This document shows, in pieces, positions 29,718-39,219 of a stretch of 64,000 nt of DNA. The translations under genes were made by a program, and so were the position numbers. The stretch comes from an uncultured Verrucomicrobiae bacterium (GTDB lineage: Bacteria > Verrucomicrobiota > Verrucomicrobiia > Limisphaerales > Palsa-1400): NCBI GenBank assembly GCA_963764165.1, contig CAVXRD010000002.1, forward strand, positions 1,216,001 through 1,280,000. The letters are read 5' to 3'. Position 1 is the stretch's first letter. Each line of letters begins with the position of its first letter. The notes beneath the pieces were generated by a model that was not told the origin of the DNA, searched no databases, and saw nothing but the letters and a program-made list of their open reading frames with translations.

Positions 29718-30123
29718 GGTTTTTCTGGATTCAGGCCCGCTGGTCGGATTTTTGAGCGAGACGGATCAGCATCACCGCTGGGCGGCGGAGGTTTGGAACA
29801 GCCTTTATGATCCCTTGTGGACCTGTGAAGCCGTTTTGTCGGAAGCGGTTTTTCTTTTGCAGTCGGTCAAAGCTCCGATTGATCCCTTGCTGGAATTATT
29901 TGAACGCGATCTGGTGAAAATTGATTTTGCGGTTTCACGCCAGCGCTCCGATCTTTGGCGGTTGCTGCGCAAATACGCCGACCGTCCGATGAGCCTCGCC
30001 GATGCGTGTTTGGTGCGCATGGCGGAACTGCAAGAGCGGTGCCAGATATTTACCACGGACAAGGATTTCCTGGTGTATCGGCGCAAAGGCAGAGGCGTTA
30101 TTCCCTTGCTGGCTCCATTCTGA
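29704..30123 (+). CDS. vapC: PIN-domain VapC toxin
   Basis: LDSGPL, EAVLSE, SLADA and TTDKDF acidic motifs. Confidence 0.88.
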   Translation: MAATRVFLDSGPLVGFLSETDQHHRWAAEVWNSLYDPLWTCEAVLSEAVFLLQSVKAPIDPLLELFERDLVKIDFAVSRQRSDLWRLLRKYADRPMSLADACLVRMAELQERCQIFTTDKDFLVYRRKGRGVIPLLAPF

Positions 30124-30232
30124 GCCGCGAAGCGCCAAGTTGAGGCCGCCCAAATTTCCTTCGAAGATTTTTGCAACCGCTTATTGAATTCCACGCCAGT
30201 CTTCATATAGTCGCAACCGCAAGAGTTTTGAA

Positions 30233-32182
30233 ATGGAAACAACCCAAGCAGCTCCTCCGCCGCCAGCCTGGAATACCCAGGCCGCTCGCGCTTTGTACAA
30301 CATCAGCCGCTGGGGCGCGCCATACTTCGACATCAATGAAGCCGGCCACGTCGTTGCCATGCCGCAGCGCGGGAACGGCGCGGTGGTCGATCTCACCGAT
30401 GTCATCGAGGAGGCAAAAGGGCGCGGTCTCAAATTTCCCGTCTTGATTCGTTTCCAGGATATTTTGCGCGATCGCGTCGAATCCATTAACCAGGCTTTCG
30501 CCGCGTCCATCGCGGAATTCAATTACAAAAATGTCTATCGCGGTGTTTTTCCGATCAAGGTGAACCAGCTTCGCGAAGTCGTCGAAGAAATCCTTGAAGC
30601 CGGCAAGCCGTTTCAATTCGGACTCGAAGTTGGCAGCAAGCCGGAATTATTCGCGGGCCTCGCCCTCCAAAACCAGCCGGGCTCCCTGATTATTTGCAAC
30701 GGCTACAAGGATTCCCTTTTCATCCGCATGGCGCTGATGGGCATCAAGCTCGGAAAAAAAGTCATCATGGTGGTCGAGAAGCTGGAGGAGTTGCGCCACA
30801 TCATCACTGTCTCACGCCAGATGGGTGTCGAACCGCTGCTGGGCATTCGCGTTCGCCTGATGAGCAAAGGCGCCGGCAAATGGGCGGACAGCGGCGGCGA
30901 AAATGCCAAGTTCGGCCTCAACACCGCCGAGCTGGTTGCTGCCACGGAAGTTTTACGGGCCGAGAAAATGGAGCATTGTTTCAAGCTGGTCCACTTTCAC
31001 ATCGGCTCGCAGGTGCCGGACATTGTCACCATCAAGAAAGCGGTGCAGGAGGCGGCGCGCTTCTACGCGAAGCTTTGCAAGATGGGTTTTGCCATCGAAT
31101 CGCTCGATGTCGGCGGCGGTCTGGGTGTCGATTACGACGGCTCGCGTTCCGCGTTTGACAGCTCCACAAATTACACGCTGCAGGAATACACCAACGACAT
31201 TGTTTATTATATTGGCGAAGTGTGCGGGCAGGAAGGCGTGCCGCATCCGCAAATCGTAAGTGAAAGCGGGCGCGCCATTGTCGCCCATCACAGCGTGCTG
31301 CTGGTGGAAACGATGGGAACCATTGGAAAAATCCGCCCCGGCGCGGAAGTCGCCGCCGGCGAAAAGGATCACGCCCTCGTCCGCGAATTGCTGGACGTCC
31401 GCAAACAGCTTCCCAGCCTGAACAAACTTGAGGCGCTCCACGACGCCACTGACCGCCGCGAAGAAGCGCAGCACATGTTCACGCTCGGACTGCTGGAGCT
31501 GCCGGACAAGGCGAAAATCGAAACGCTTTATTGGGAAATTGCGCGCGAGGTCGTGCTAAGTTTTCGCGGCCAATCCTACATTCCTGAGGAAATTCGCAAG
31601 TTGGAAGACAGCCTCGGCGACCAGGTGCTGTGCAATTTTTCCGTGTTCCAATCGCTGCTGGATCATTGGGCGCTCGGCCAGCTTTTCCCGATCATGCCGG
31701 TCAGCCGCCTCAACGAAAAACCGAGCCGCGAAGGCACCCTGGTCGACATCACCTGCGACTCCGATGGCGAGGTGAAGAAATTCATCGACTTGACAGACGT
31801 GCGCGACACCTTGCCGATGCACGAGCCGCGCGCCAATGGCAATGGAACCGGCGTGGAGCCTTACTACCTTGGTTTTTTCCTGATGGGCGCTTATCAGGAC
31901 ATCATGGGCGACCTGCATAATCTTTTCGGCCGCGTCAACGAGCTGCACGTCTTTCTCGATTCCGACGAGGCGGCGGGCTATTACGTGGAGGAAATCATCG
32001 AAGGCTCGACGATTGTGCAAACGCTGACGTCCGTGCAATACGACGAAAACGAATTGAAGCGCCAGATGAAAATGCAAATCGACGAAGCGATCAAATCCGA
32101 CCGCTTGAAGCCATCCGAAGGCATGCGCCTGCTCGACGATTACGAACGCGGCCTGAGAGACTACACCTACCTGGCCATGTGA
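30233..32182 (+). CDS. speA: Biosynthetic arginine decarboxylase
   Basis: PIKVNQ, HFHIGSQ, DVGGGLG and DITCDSDG motifs. Confidence 0.96.
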   Translation: METTQAAPPPPAWNTQAARALYNISRWGAPYFDINEAGHVVAMPQRGNGAVVDLTDVIEEAKGRGLKFPVLIRFQDILRDRVESINQAFAASIAEFNYKNVYRGVFPIKVNQLREVVEEILEAGKPFQFGLEVGSKPELFAGLALQNQPGSLIICNGYKDSLFIRMALMGIKLGKKVIMVVEKLEELRHIITVSRQMGVEPLLGIRVRLMSKGAGKWADSGGENAKFGLNTAELVAATEVLRAEKMEHCFKLVHFHIGSQVPDIVTIKKAVQEAARFYAKLCKMGFAIESLDVGGGLGVDYDGSRSAFDSSTNYTLQEYTNDIVYYIGEVCGQEGVPHPQIVSESGRAIVAHHSVLLVETMGTIGKIRPGAEVAAGEKDHALVRELLDVRKQLPSLNKLEALHDATDRREEAQHMFTLGLLELPDKAKIETLYWEIAREVVLSFRGQSYIPEEIRKLEDSLGDQVLCNFSVFQSLLDHWALGQLFPIMPVSRLNEKPSREGTLVDITCDSDGEVKKFIDLTDVRDTLPMHEPRANGNGTGVEPYYLGFFLMGAYQDIMGDLHNLFGRVNELHVFLDSDEAAGYYVEEIIEGSTIVQTLTSVQYDENELKRQMKMQIDEAIKSDRLKPSEGMRLLDDYERGLRDYTYLAM

Positions 32183-32185
32183 CGG

Positions 32186-32872
32186 ATGGACGCCGCGAAA
32201 GCCGATCTCATCCGCGCGCTGGGCCGGCTGGTGCGTGGATTGTCCACCCTTTTCTGGGGAATCCCGCTCGCGCTGGCCGCTGACGTCCAGACTGCCCGCA
32301 CCAATTGGTTCGACGAGCTTGATCCTGTCAGTTTCGTGCCTGCGCTCGTTTTGACCGGAGCACTTTTGCACGGCTTGCGGCGGCTGCGCGGCTTTCGCCC
32401 GGCGGAACGCGTGTGGCAGCAGGCCCTGAACACCGCCGAGAGCCTTGCCATGGTCGCGATCGGATTGGCCCCGTTTCTGGCGTGGTGGAGGCGCTTTCCC
32501 GCCGTGTCGCTTTATTTCATCTGCGTCGTTTTTCTGGCGGTCATCGGATACTTGTTTCTCATGCAAGTAAACCAGGTCTTGCGCCGCCTGACCGCGATGC
32601 TGCCAGACCAAACGCTGCGCCACGAAACCCGCGCTTTCACAACGCTCAACACATGGATGCTGGCCGGTGGATTGGCTGCGCTGGCAATTTATTTGAAGTT
32701 AACCAATTTCCAAGGCGCCGTCCGCCCGATCCACCGGCAGCTCATCGATTTCTACGCCATCGGCGAATGGCTTATCCTCTTCTTGACGCTGATGCCCGTG
32801 GCGGTAACGCTGGCGCTGCTGTGGAAAATCAAGGAAGCGATTTTCACCAGCTTCTTTGAAGTGGAACGGTAG
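32186..32872 (+). CDS. Hypothetical integral membrane protein
   Basis: Several hydrophobic helices; coupled to speA. Confidence 0.7.
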   Translation: MDAAKADLIRALGRLVRGLSTLFWGIPLALAADVQTARTNWFDELDPVSFVPALVLTGALLHGLRRLRGFRPAERVWQQALNTAESLAMVAIGLAPFLAWWRRFPAVSLYFICVVFLAVIGYLFLMQVNQVLRRLTAMLPDQTLRHETRAFTTLNTWMLAGGLAALAIYLKLTNFQGAVRPIHRQLIDFYAIGEWLILFLTLMPVAVTLALLWKIKEAIFTSFFEVER

Positions 32873-32949
32873 CATTTTAAAGGTAGGGACGCCTCGCCGA
32901 GGCGTCCGGGGTGAGGCTTGATTCGCGCGCAAACCCGGACGCCTCGGCG

Positions 32950-34632
32950 GAGACTGTCTCAAAACGTTTTAGTCTGGCCGATCTGGTTATATGGGCACCA
33001 ATAGGGGCTGTGGAAACGGGTGTCAACTTTTAGTTGTCAGAGCGTGGCTGGCGTCAGCGATGACGCCAAGCTTCCCTTTCCCTCCTTTTTTAGGCCGCCA
33101 TCGCCAAATTTCCTTCAACCGCGGCGGTTTTGACTTCCATTTTCGGCGTCTGGACCCGGGCCTGCCACTTTTTATAGAGGATTCGCAGGTTCAAGGTGGC
33201 GCATAACAAGGCCCATTGGGCTTGCACGGCTTCCAGACCCCAAACTGTCCAACGCCGAAAGCCGTCGTGTTGCTTGAGCTGCCCAAACCGGCGTTCGATG
33301 ATCTCTTTGCGCTTTCCATAAAGCGCGGCGGGTCCTGGCTCTTGCAGCCGGGCCCGCATGGCTTGCACCAGCGTGGTGTGCGGCCACACTTCGACTTGCC
33401 GCCCTTTGGGATCGCGGCTGCAGAGGGCGCGCACGGGACAGTCTCGGTGATGGCAGCGGAAGCGCTCAACGGTCTGGCCTTTCTTGGTGGTCTGGCCTTC
33501 GTGGTCCAGAAGGCGCTCTTGCGGGCAGGTGACGGTGTGGGCCGCCTCGTCATAATGAAAATGCTGCGTCGCGTAGGCGTTGTCGTGGGCTGGCTTGCCC
33601 TCCGCCGGCGGGGCCAGCACATTCATCTGCTGTTCCACGGCCGCTTTCAAGTCGGCCCCGCCCCCATAGCCGGCGTCGGCGGCGGTGAGGGTTGGAATGG
33701 CCGCCGGACCGAGGTTTTGCCTCGCTTCTTCAATCATGGGGACCAGCTGGCCGGCGTCGGTTTCCTGGCGGGTGGCTTGACAGGCGACCATGATGCCCTC
33801 CTGGCTGTCGGCCACCGCCTGGGCGTTGTAGGCAAAGCGGTTGGTGTCGCCGACTTTCATCCGGCGCGCCTCCGGTTCGGCTGGATGGTAATGGTGGCGC
33901 CCGTCGGCCTGCAGCTGGGCCAGGCCTTTTTTGATTTCCTCGCGCAGGGCCTGGCGCTGGGCCAACCCGGCGGGCAGCCGGCAGCCCGGTGCGCTGGAAT
34001 CCTGGTTCTCCGCCACGACTTTGAGCTCGATTTCCTCCAAGGCGCCATCCAGCTGGGCCAGGAGCTTCTCCATGTAAACCTTGCTCCAGCCCTGCGGCCC
34101 GCTGCAGGCGGCTTGAATCTTGGTGCCGTCCAACGCTTGCAAGGCAAATCCCACCGCCCCGGTGCGGAGGGCCAGCTGCACGGTTTGCTTGAAAACCTGG
34201 CGCAGGGCCTTTTTGTTTCCGTCCCAGAACCGCCAGAGGCTGTTGTGGTCGGGGGCGTTGAGCCCCGTCAGCCACAGCAGCGAGACATGCTCCGTGCAGG
34301 CGGTTTCCAGCTTGCGGGTGGAGCGAATGCGGTGGAAATAACCGTAAAGCCAAATCTTGAGCAGGAGGCTGGGGGCATAGGGCGGACGGCCTTCGGCGGC
34401 GGCGGGAATGACAAACCCAAGCTGGGGCAGATCCAACTGGTCGACAAATTCGCGCAGGAAGCGGGCGGGATGGTCGGCGGACACCCAGTCCTCCAGGGCG
34501 GGCGGGAGGAGGAACTGCTGTCCGTAATCAGGGGCAATCGGTTGAGCCATATTTGTTGAACGGCATTGTCAACTAAAGGCTCACATATTGTCAAATACAT
34601 TCCTCAAAAAACAGAAGTTTTGAGACAATCTC
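32950..34632 (-). mobile_element. IS1182-family insertion sequence, copy 2 (1683 bp, inverted)
   Basis: Same IRs and an identical 486-aa transposase; flanks GGCG / TGCG (one mismatch). Confidence 0.93.
33090..34550 (-). CDS. IS1182-family DDE transposase
   Basis: Translation identical to 20958-22418. Confidence 0.93.
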   Translation of the reverse strand: MAQPIAPDYGQQFLLPPALEDWVSADHPARFLREFVDQLDLPQLGFVIPAAAEGRPPYAPSLLLKIWLYGYFHRIRSTRKLETACTEHVSLLWLTGLNAPDHNSLWRFWDGNKKALRQVFKQTVQLALRTGAVGFALQALDGTKIQAACSGPQGWSKVYMEKLLAQLDGALEEIELKVVAENQDSSAPGCRLPAGLAQRQALREEIKKGLAQLQADGRHHYHPAEPEARRMKVGDTNRFAYNAQAVADSQEGIMVACQATRQETDAGQLVPMIEEARQNLGPAAIPTLTAADAGYGGGADLKAAVEQQMNVLAPPAEGKPAHDNAYATQHFHYDEAAHTVTCPQERLLDHEGQTTKKGQTVERFRCHHRDCPVRALCSRDPKGRQVEVWPHTTLVQAMRARLQEPGPAALYGKRKEIIERRFGQLKQHDGFRRWTVWGLEAVQAQWALLCATLNLRILYKKWQARVQTPKMEVKTAAVEGNLAMAA

Positions 34633-34866
34633 TGCGAGGCGTCCCTACCATGGGATTTCAGCAGGAAAAAGCCGGCGCGGCGCTGAATGCACATGATTCC
34701 CCGCATCAGCGCGCACGCCGGCAAGACCCACACGCAGTTCGGACTTTCGTCGCAAAAACGTGCGTCCCCATTCTTAAATGCGCAGTTTCCGGAGAAACCG
34801 GGTCAAATAAATGAAAATATCTGACCCAAGCTTCGTGGACCTCGCCCGAAGTCAATGGCCGCACGA

Positions 34867-35712
34867 TCATGAGGCATTGTCGATCAGCTTTATTCCCGGG
34901 CTTTGAAAACAGATGCGGCGCTCTTTATAGAGCTTCCCGAGCGCCTGCTTGAAGGCGTTTTTGCTGACGCCGAACTTCTGGCGGATTGAATCGGGACTGC
35001 TGTCGTCATCGAAGGCCAACTGGCCGCCGTTCGTTTCGAGGGCTTCGAGGATTTGATCGCGCAAAGGGGCCACGCGTTTGTAGCCCGAGGCGTCCAGGCG
35101 CAAGTCAATCTTGCCGTTGGGATGAACGGCGCGGACAAAGCCTCTCACTTTCAGGCCGGGAAGCAGCGGAGCGGAAAGATTATCGTGATAGAGCAATCCG
35201 CGGTGGGCATTTTCTATGATGGCATTGTAGCCAAGCGGAGTTCGCCCAATGATGAGCAAATTTACGGGTTGTCCAGAGCGATAAGCAGGCGTGTCCCGGC
35301 TCAGATGGCGATTCAAGCGGGTGCTGGCCACGATTCGATTGGTCTTTTCATCAATGAAAACGTGGACGATCACTCTGTCTTTGACCCGGACGGGAGAATC
35401 CTGTTCGCGGAATGGCAACAGCAAATCCTTTGACAAACCCCAATCCAAAAAAGCCCCGATGCTCCGATTCACACTGATGACTTGCAAATAGGCAAACTCG
35501 CCCACCGTCGCCAGCGGCGTCTCGGTGGTGGCCACCAGCCGATCCTCGGAGTCGCGATAGACAAACACCTCCAGTTTGTCCTTGGGTTTCAGGTTCGTGG
35601 GAATGTAGCGGCCCGGCAGCAGAATTTCCCCCAAGTCCCCGCCGTCAAGGTAGAGGCCGGGCGCCGAAGCCCGCACAATGGAAAGCGTATTGCATTTGCC
35701 GATGACTGCCAT
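34867..35712 (-). CDS. CvfB/YitL-family S1 RNA-binding protein
   Basis: VYRDSEDRL.AT, GAFLDWGL.KDLL.PF.EQ and SKNAFKQALG.L motifs. Confidence 0.88.
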   Translation of the reverse strand: MAVIGKCNTLSIVRASAPGLYLDGGDLGEILLPGRYIPTNLKPKDKLEVFVYRDSEDRLVATTETPLATVGEFAYLQVISVNRSIGAFLDWGLSKDLLLPFREQDSPVRVKDRVIVHVFIDEKTNRIVASTRLNRHLSRDTPAYRSGQPVNLLIIGRTPLGYNAIIENAHRGLLYHDNLSAPLLPGLKVRGFVRAVHPNGKIDLRLDASGYKRVAPLRDQILEALETNGGQLAFDDDSSPDSIRQKFGVSKNAFKQALGKLYKERRICFQSPGIKLIDNAS

Positions 35713-35844
35713 GCCCTCAAACATAGCCGCACATCACAATTCCGGAGAGGAAAATCGTGGCATCCAAACAACCCATGAGCCGACCTCCGGCATGCCGAGA
35801 TATTTGACTGACACGGGACTTCGTGATACGCTCCATGCGGCCAA

Positions 35845-38376
35845 ATGAATTTTCAAACCAAGGTGTCCCGCTCCGTTCTCCTCCTCTTTGCCCTCTCTGC
35901 GATGCTGGGCCTGTTTGCCGGATGCAACCGCTCAGAAAACCCATCGAACCCTTCTGCGCGCTCCGGCGCCCAGGGTTACTTCAAAACTCCGTTCCAGGAT
36001 GAATCGCAGTTCGTGGTGGAAGCAATCGCCACCGATATTGCGGAGATGCTTTATTTCGCCCACAACCACAAAGCGCCGGAACCAAAGACAGTCACCGTCG
36101 AGGCGCGGGAAAACGGCGGAACGCGAGACGCTCCAAGCTTTGACATCACAATCCAAGTCGGCAAAGCGCCCGCGATTCAAACCAAAGTTGCCATTACCGG
36201 GCCGATTTGGTCCGCGGCGGTTTATGCTGACCTGACTCGCGCTGTCGCGGCCTCTCTCCAATTCCCGTCGCCCTCCACCGCCGCAGGTGACGATCTATCG
36301 GTGCTGGACGATCTGACCGATGGCTCCGCGGAAACCATCGCGCGGGACGACGTCGTTGTCTCCGGAAACCTTGAGAAAGACTTCGCAAATCCAGCGTTGC
36401 ATGAGCAGGCTGCGGCGCTGCTGGGCGCGTTCGCGTTGCGGGAAAATGCCGGGGCTTTCTATGACATTCGCCTTCCCCTCAGCCGGATGACGGCGCATCT
36501 GGCCATGGCCCAGTTTTTGGCTGGCGAACATCCGCCAGGCGCGGTGGGGCAAGTCGCGGACTGCATGATTTTGACGCTCATGAATGACGAAGTCGCCGCC
36601 CTCACGCAGATCGAAAAGCTCGACGCGGCATCGGGGTCGGTCGCGACTTGGGCGCGAACCCTGCGAGCCTACAACACGCTCGATTTTCGGCCTCTGGACG
36701 CTTCGACAAATGTGCCGGGCATCGAGCAAGTCGCGTGGTTTGCCGCCTATTCCGGGGCCAACAGCCGCTCGGTGGCATGGAGAAAAATAGGCGAGGGCGT
36801 GGCAAAGAAGCCGGATTTCTGCCGCATCGGCGCGAGCTTGGGCTACAGCGTCGAAATGGGCAATGGGATGCTTCAAATCTGGCTGCCGCTGGAAATGAAG
36901 GAAATCGAGGATGTCTTCCAGCAACTCAATGGAGGGGCGCTGAAGCAGAGCGATTTGGTTGATTCGCTAAACAGCGATCCCGACCGGTGTTTTATCCAAC
37001 ACGCAAAGGGCGCTCATGTGCGCGTGATCGGCTGGGGGCTTTGGGCGCTGCAATTGCAGCATCACCTTTGCCTGGCAATCACCACCGATGTTAATTCTCT
37101 CTACCACAAACTCGGGCTGGGCGAAGACGGATGGGCTTTTGCCCAAAAATGCGAGGAATCGTTCGGTGGCTTGCGGTTCTATCCCTTCGTGCGCCGAATT
37201 TCCTGCACCAACGAAGCCGGCTACCGCAAGTCCATTGATCAAGGCTGGGCGTTTCAACAGGAATTCCCGCATTTGACGCCAATGTATTGCATGGACTATC
37301 TGGCCGGCACCGTCAGCTTTGCGCAGCCGTACCGGCCGCTGCCCAATCCGCATTGCAACGAGTGGACGTCGCACAACCCGCTTCCGGGAACAGCCTATGA
37401 CGCGCGCAATCGCCTCGATTTTCCAAGTTTCACAGGCGGCGGCGGGCAATCAGAACGGGTCCTGAAAGCGCATGAAATCGCTCCGTATGACATCGCCCTC
37501 TGCCGTTTCATTGGCCGATCCTACGGAAACAACTGGACCTACGAAAAAGCAGATGCCGTGTATGGGAAGCTGCTTCCGTATTCGGCCGTTGCGGCGGCGG
37601 CAATCGCCAACTCCCAGGCAGGCGATCCTGCCCAATATGAACAGACGATGGAAACCGCGGCGAAATGGGATCCATCTTATTATGGAAGCCTGGCCAACTA
37701 CCAGTTAAACCACGGCCAAACCAACGAGGCCATGAAGACTTACGAGAACGAAGAGCGGTCCAACCCGGATGCCATCGAAATGGCTGCCGTGGCCGTGGCG
37801 CGCGTTAAATATTATCTCGCCAAAGGCCAAAAGCGGAAGGCGAAGGAGGTTGCCGATTTTGGGGCCGCTGTCTATTCGTTCAACGGCTTGGAGTCCATGG
37901 GCGTTTACATGGAGGAAACAGGTGATTTGGCGCAGGCATTCGATTGGTTCGCCAAAACTGAAGAACGCTATCAAAACGCGGATGCATTGCTTTCTTTCTG
38001 CTGCCGTCATGCGGCCTCGAGCGGCGACGCCGAGCTCGACAAAAAAATTCATGATCGCCTCCAAGTCTGGTATAAGCAAAGGAAGCCCGCAAAATTGAGT
38101 GATTTTTCCGGCCCTCCGAAGCGTGGCGTCGCCCTCAACGACCCCGGCTCCTTGCTCGAAAATTACTCCCTCAAGCAGGGAGACGTCATCGTTGCGGCGC
38201 GTGGGGTCCGGGTCGAAAACATCACGCAGTTGACGTTTGCGCGCGACATGGATCCAGCTCCCAGTTTAACAATCATCTACTGGCAGGGCGACTCATACCG
38301 CGAGAAAACAATACCGTTGAATGACGAACACCGTTTCGGCGCCACGCTGCAAAACTATCCGCCAAGCACGCGGTGA
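35845..38376 (+). CDS. Large lipoprotein with TPR-like helices and a C-terminal PDZ-like domain
   Basis: Lipobox LFAG-C; LKQGDVIVA..G.RV near the C-terminus. Confidence 0.7.
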   Translation: MNFQTKVSRSVLLLFALSAMLGLFAGCNRSENPSNPSARSGAQGYFKTPFQDESQFVVEAIATDIAEMLYFAHNHKAPEPKTVTVEARENGGTRDAPSFDITIQVGKAPAIQTKVAITGPIWSAAVYADLTRAVAASLQFPSPSTAAGDDLSVLDDLTDGSAETIARDDVVVSGNLEKDFANPALHEQAAALLGAFALRENAGAFYDIRLPLSRMTAHLAMAQFLAGEHPPGAVGQVADCMILTLMNDEVAALTQIEKLDAASGSVATWARTLRAYNTLDFRPLDASTNVPGIEQVAWFAAYSGANSRSVAWRKIGEGVAKKPDFCRIGASLGYSVEMGNGMLQIWLPLEMKEIEDVFQQLNGGALKQSDLVDSLNSDPDRCFIQHAKGAHVRVIGWGLWALQLQHHLCLAITTDVNSLYHKLGLGEDGWAFAQKCEESFGGLRFYPFVRRISCTNEAGYRKSIDQGWAFQQEFPHLTPMYCMDYLAGTVSFAQPYRPLPNPHCNEWTSHNPLPGTAYDARNRLDFPSFTGGGGQSERVLKAHEIAPYDIALCRFIGRSYGNNWTYEKADAVYGKLLPYSAVAAAAIANSQAGDPAQYEQTMETAAKWDPSYYGSLANYQLNHGQTNEAMKTYENEERSNPDAIEMAAVAVARVKYYLAKGQKRKAKEVADFGAAVYSFNGLESMGVYMEETGDLAQAFDWFAKTEERYQNADALLSFCCRHAASSGDAELDKKIHDRLQVWYKQRKPAKLSDFSGPPKRGVALNDPGSLLENYSLKQGDVIVAARGVRVENITQLTFARDMDPAPSLTIIYWQGDSYREKTIPLNDEHRFGATLQNYPPSTR

Positions 38377-38585
38377 ATCAAGGCGCGTTGCCAGGGTCAA
38401 ATTTTGAAGCGGCGGCCGGGCATCTGGAAAGAGGAGGTTCTCCCGGACGACGACAAAAGGGAAGAAAGGCAGATTTCCCGATGGCTGATGCCAATTCGGA
38501 GATTGAGATGCACCATCAAAAGGTTATGAGCAGCCCCTTGTACGATCGGAACGGAGCCGATCTGGATTTGACCGGCGACGCAAAT

Positions 38586-38998
38586 TGATTCCGGACGGGC
38601 TGTAAGCCGAATTCTGTCTGGCTCGATTGCTCGAGCGAGAGAACCATTTGTCTTAGCAGCCGATACCCGAAACCCGTTCCGCTGCCGGAACTGGGAGCGG
38701 GCCGCTCCGGGGTTTCCTATTTGGCCTTGCACCCGATGGGGTTTTCCATGCCTTGCCAGTTGCCCGGCAAGCGGTGAGCTTTTACCTCGCCTTTTCACCC
38801 TTGCCCTGCCCTTGCGGGCTGGGCGGTTTATTTTCTGTGGCACTATCCGTCGAAAGGTTTTATCCCTTCTCCCGCGTGTATCCCGGCCCTGGCTGACGCC
38901 TGGCCAGGTTACGCGGCATCGCGCCCTCTGGTGTTCGGACTTTCCTCCCCCCACTCGCCGAAGCGAGCCGGGAGCGATTCTCCACCCGTCCGGAATCA
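38586..38998 (-). ncRNA. rnpB: RNase P RNA (class A)
   Basis: GAGGAAAGTCC near the 5' end and ACAGAATTCGGCTTA near the 3' end; terminal P1 helix TGATTCCGGACGGG / CCCGTCCGGAATCA. Confidence 0.96.
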
Positions 38999-39219
38999 AT
39001 TGGATCGTAGCCGGGAAAACGGCTCAAGGCAAACTCGCAAATGGCTGGCGGCGCGGGTTTGGTGGCAGCATGATGCGTGCAGCGCTTCAGGCGGAGCGCG
39101 ACTGTGTCGCAGAGCAGTCGCAGCGCGTTGAACTGAAACGCGGGCCGGTTGATCCCAGCGCGCCGCGGCTGATTCTTAGCCGCTCCGCTGCGGCGAACAC
39201 CGCATTCCCACTCAATGCA

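Larger units (their letters stand above)
32882..34649. repeat. REP doublet family A interrupted by IS1182 copy 2
   Basis: ggtagggacgcctcgccgaggcgtcc...ggacgcctc[ggcg] - IS - [tgcg]aggcgtccctacc. Confidence 0.9.

Noticed and set aside
20876..34632. Composite transposon that moved as a unit
   Set aside because: Each IS interrupts its own REP with its own duplication and the cargo is housekeeping (tat, speA); independent insertions explain it.
38397..38999. 200-aa ORF and overlapping ORFs
   Set aside because: They coincide with RNase P RNA and are spurious.
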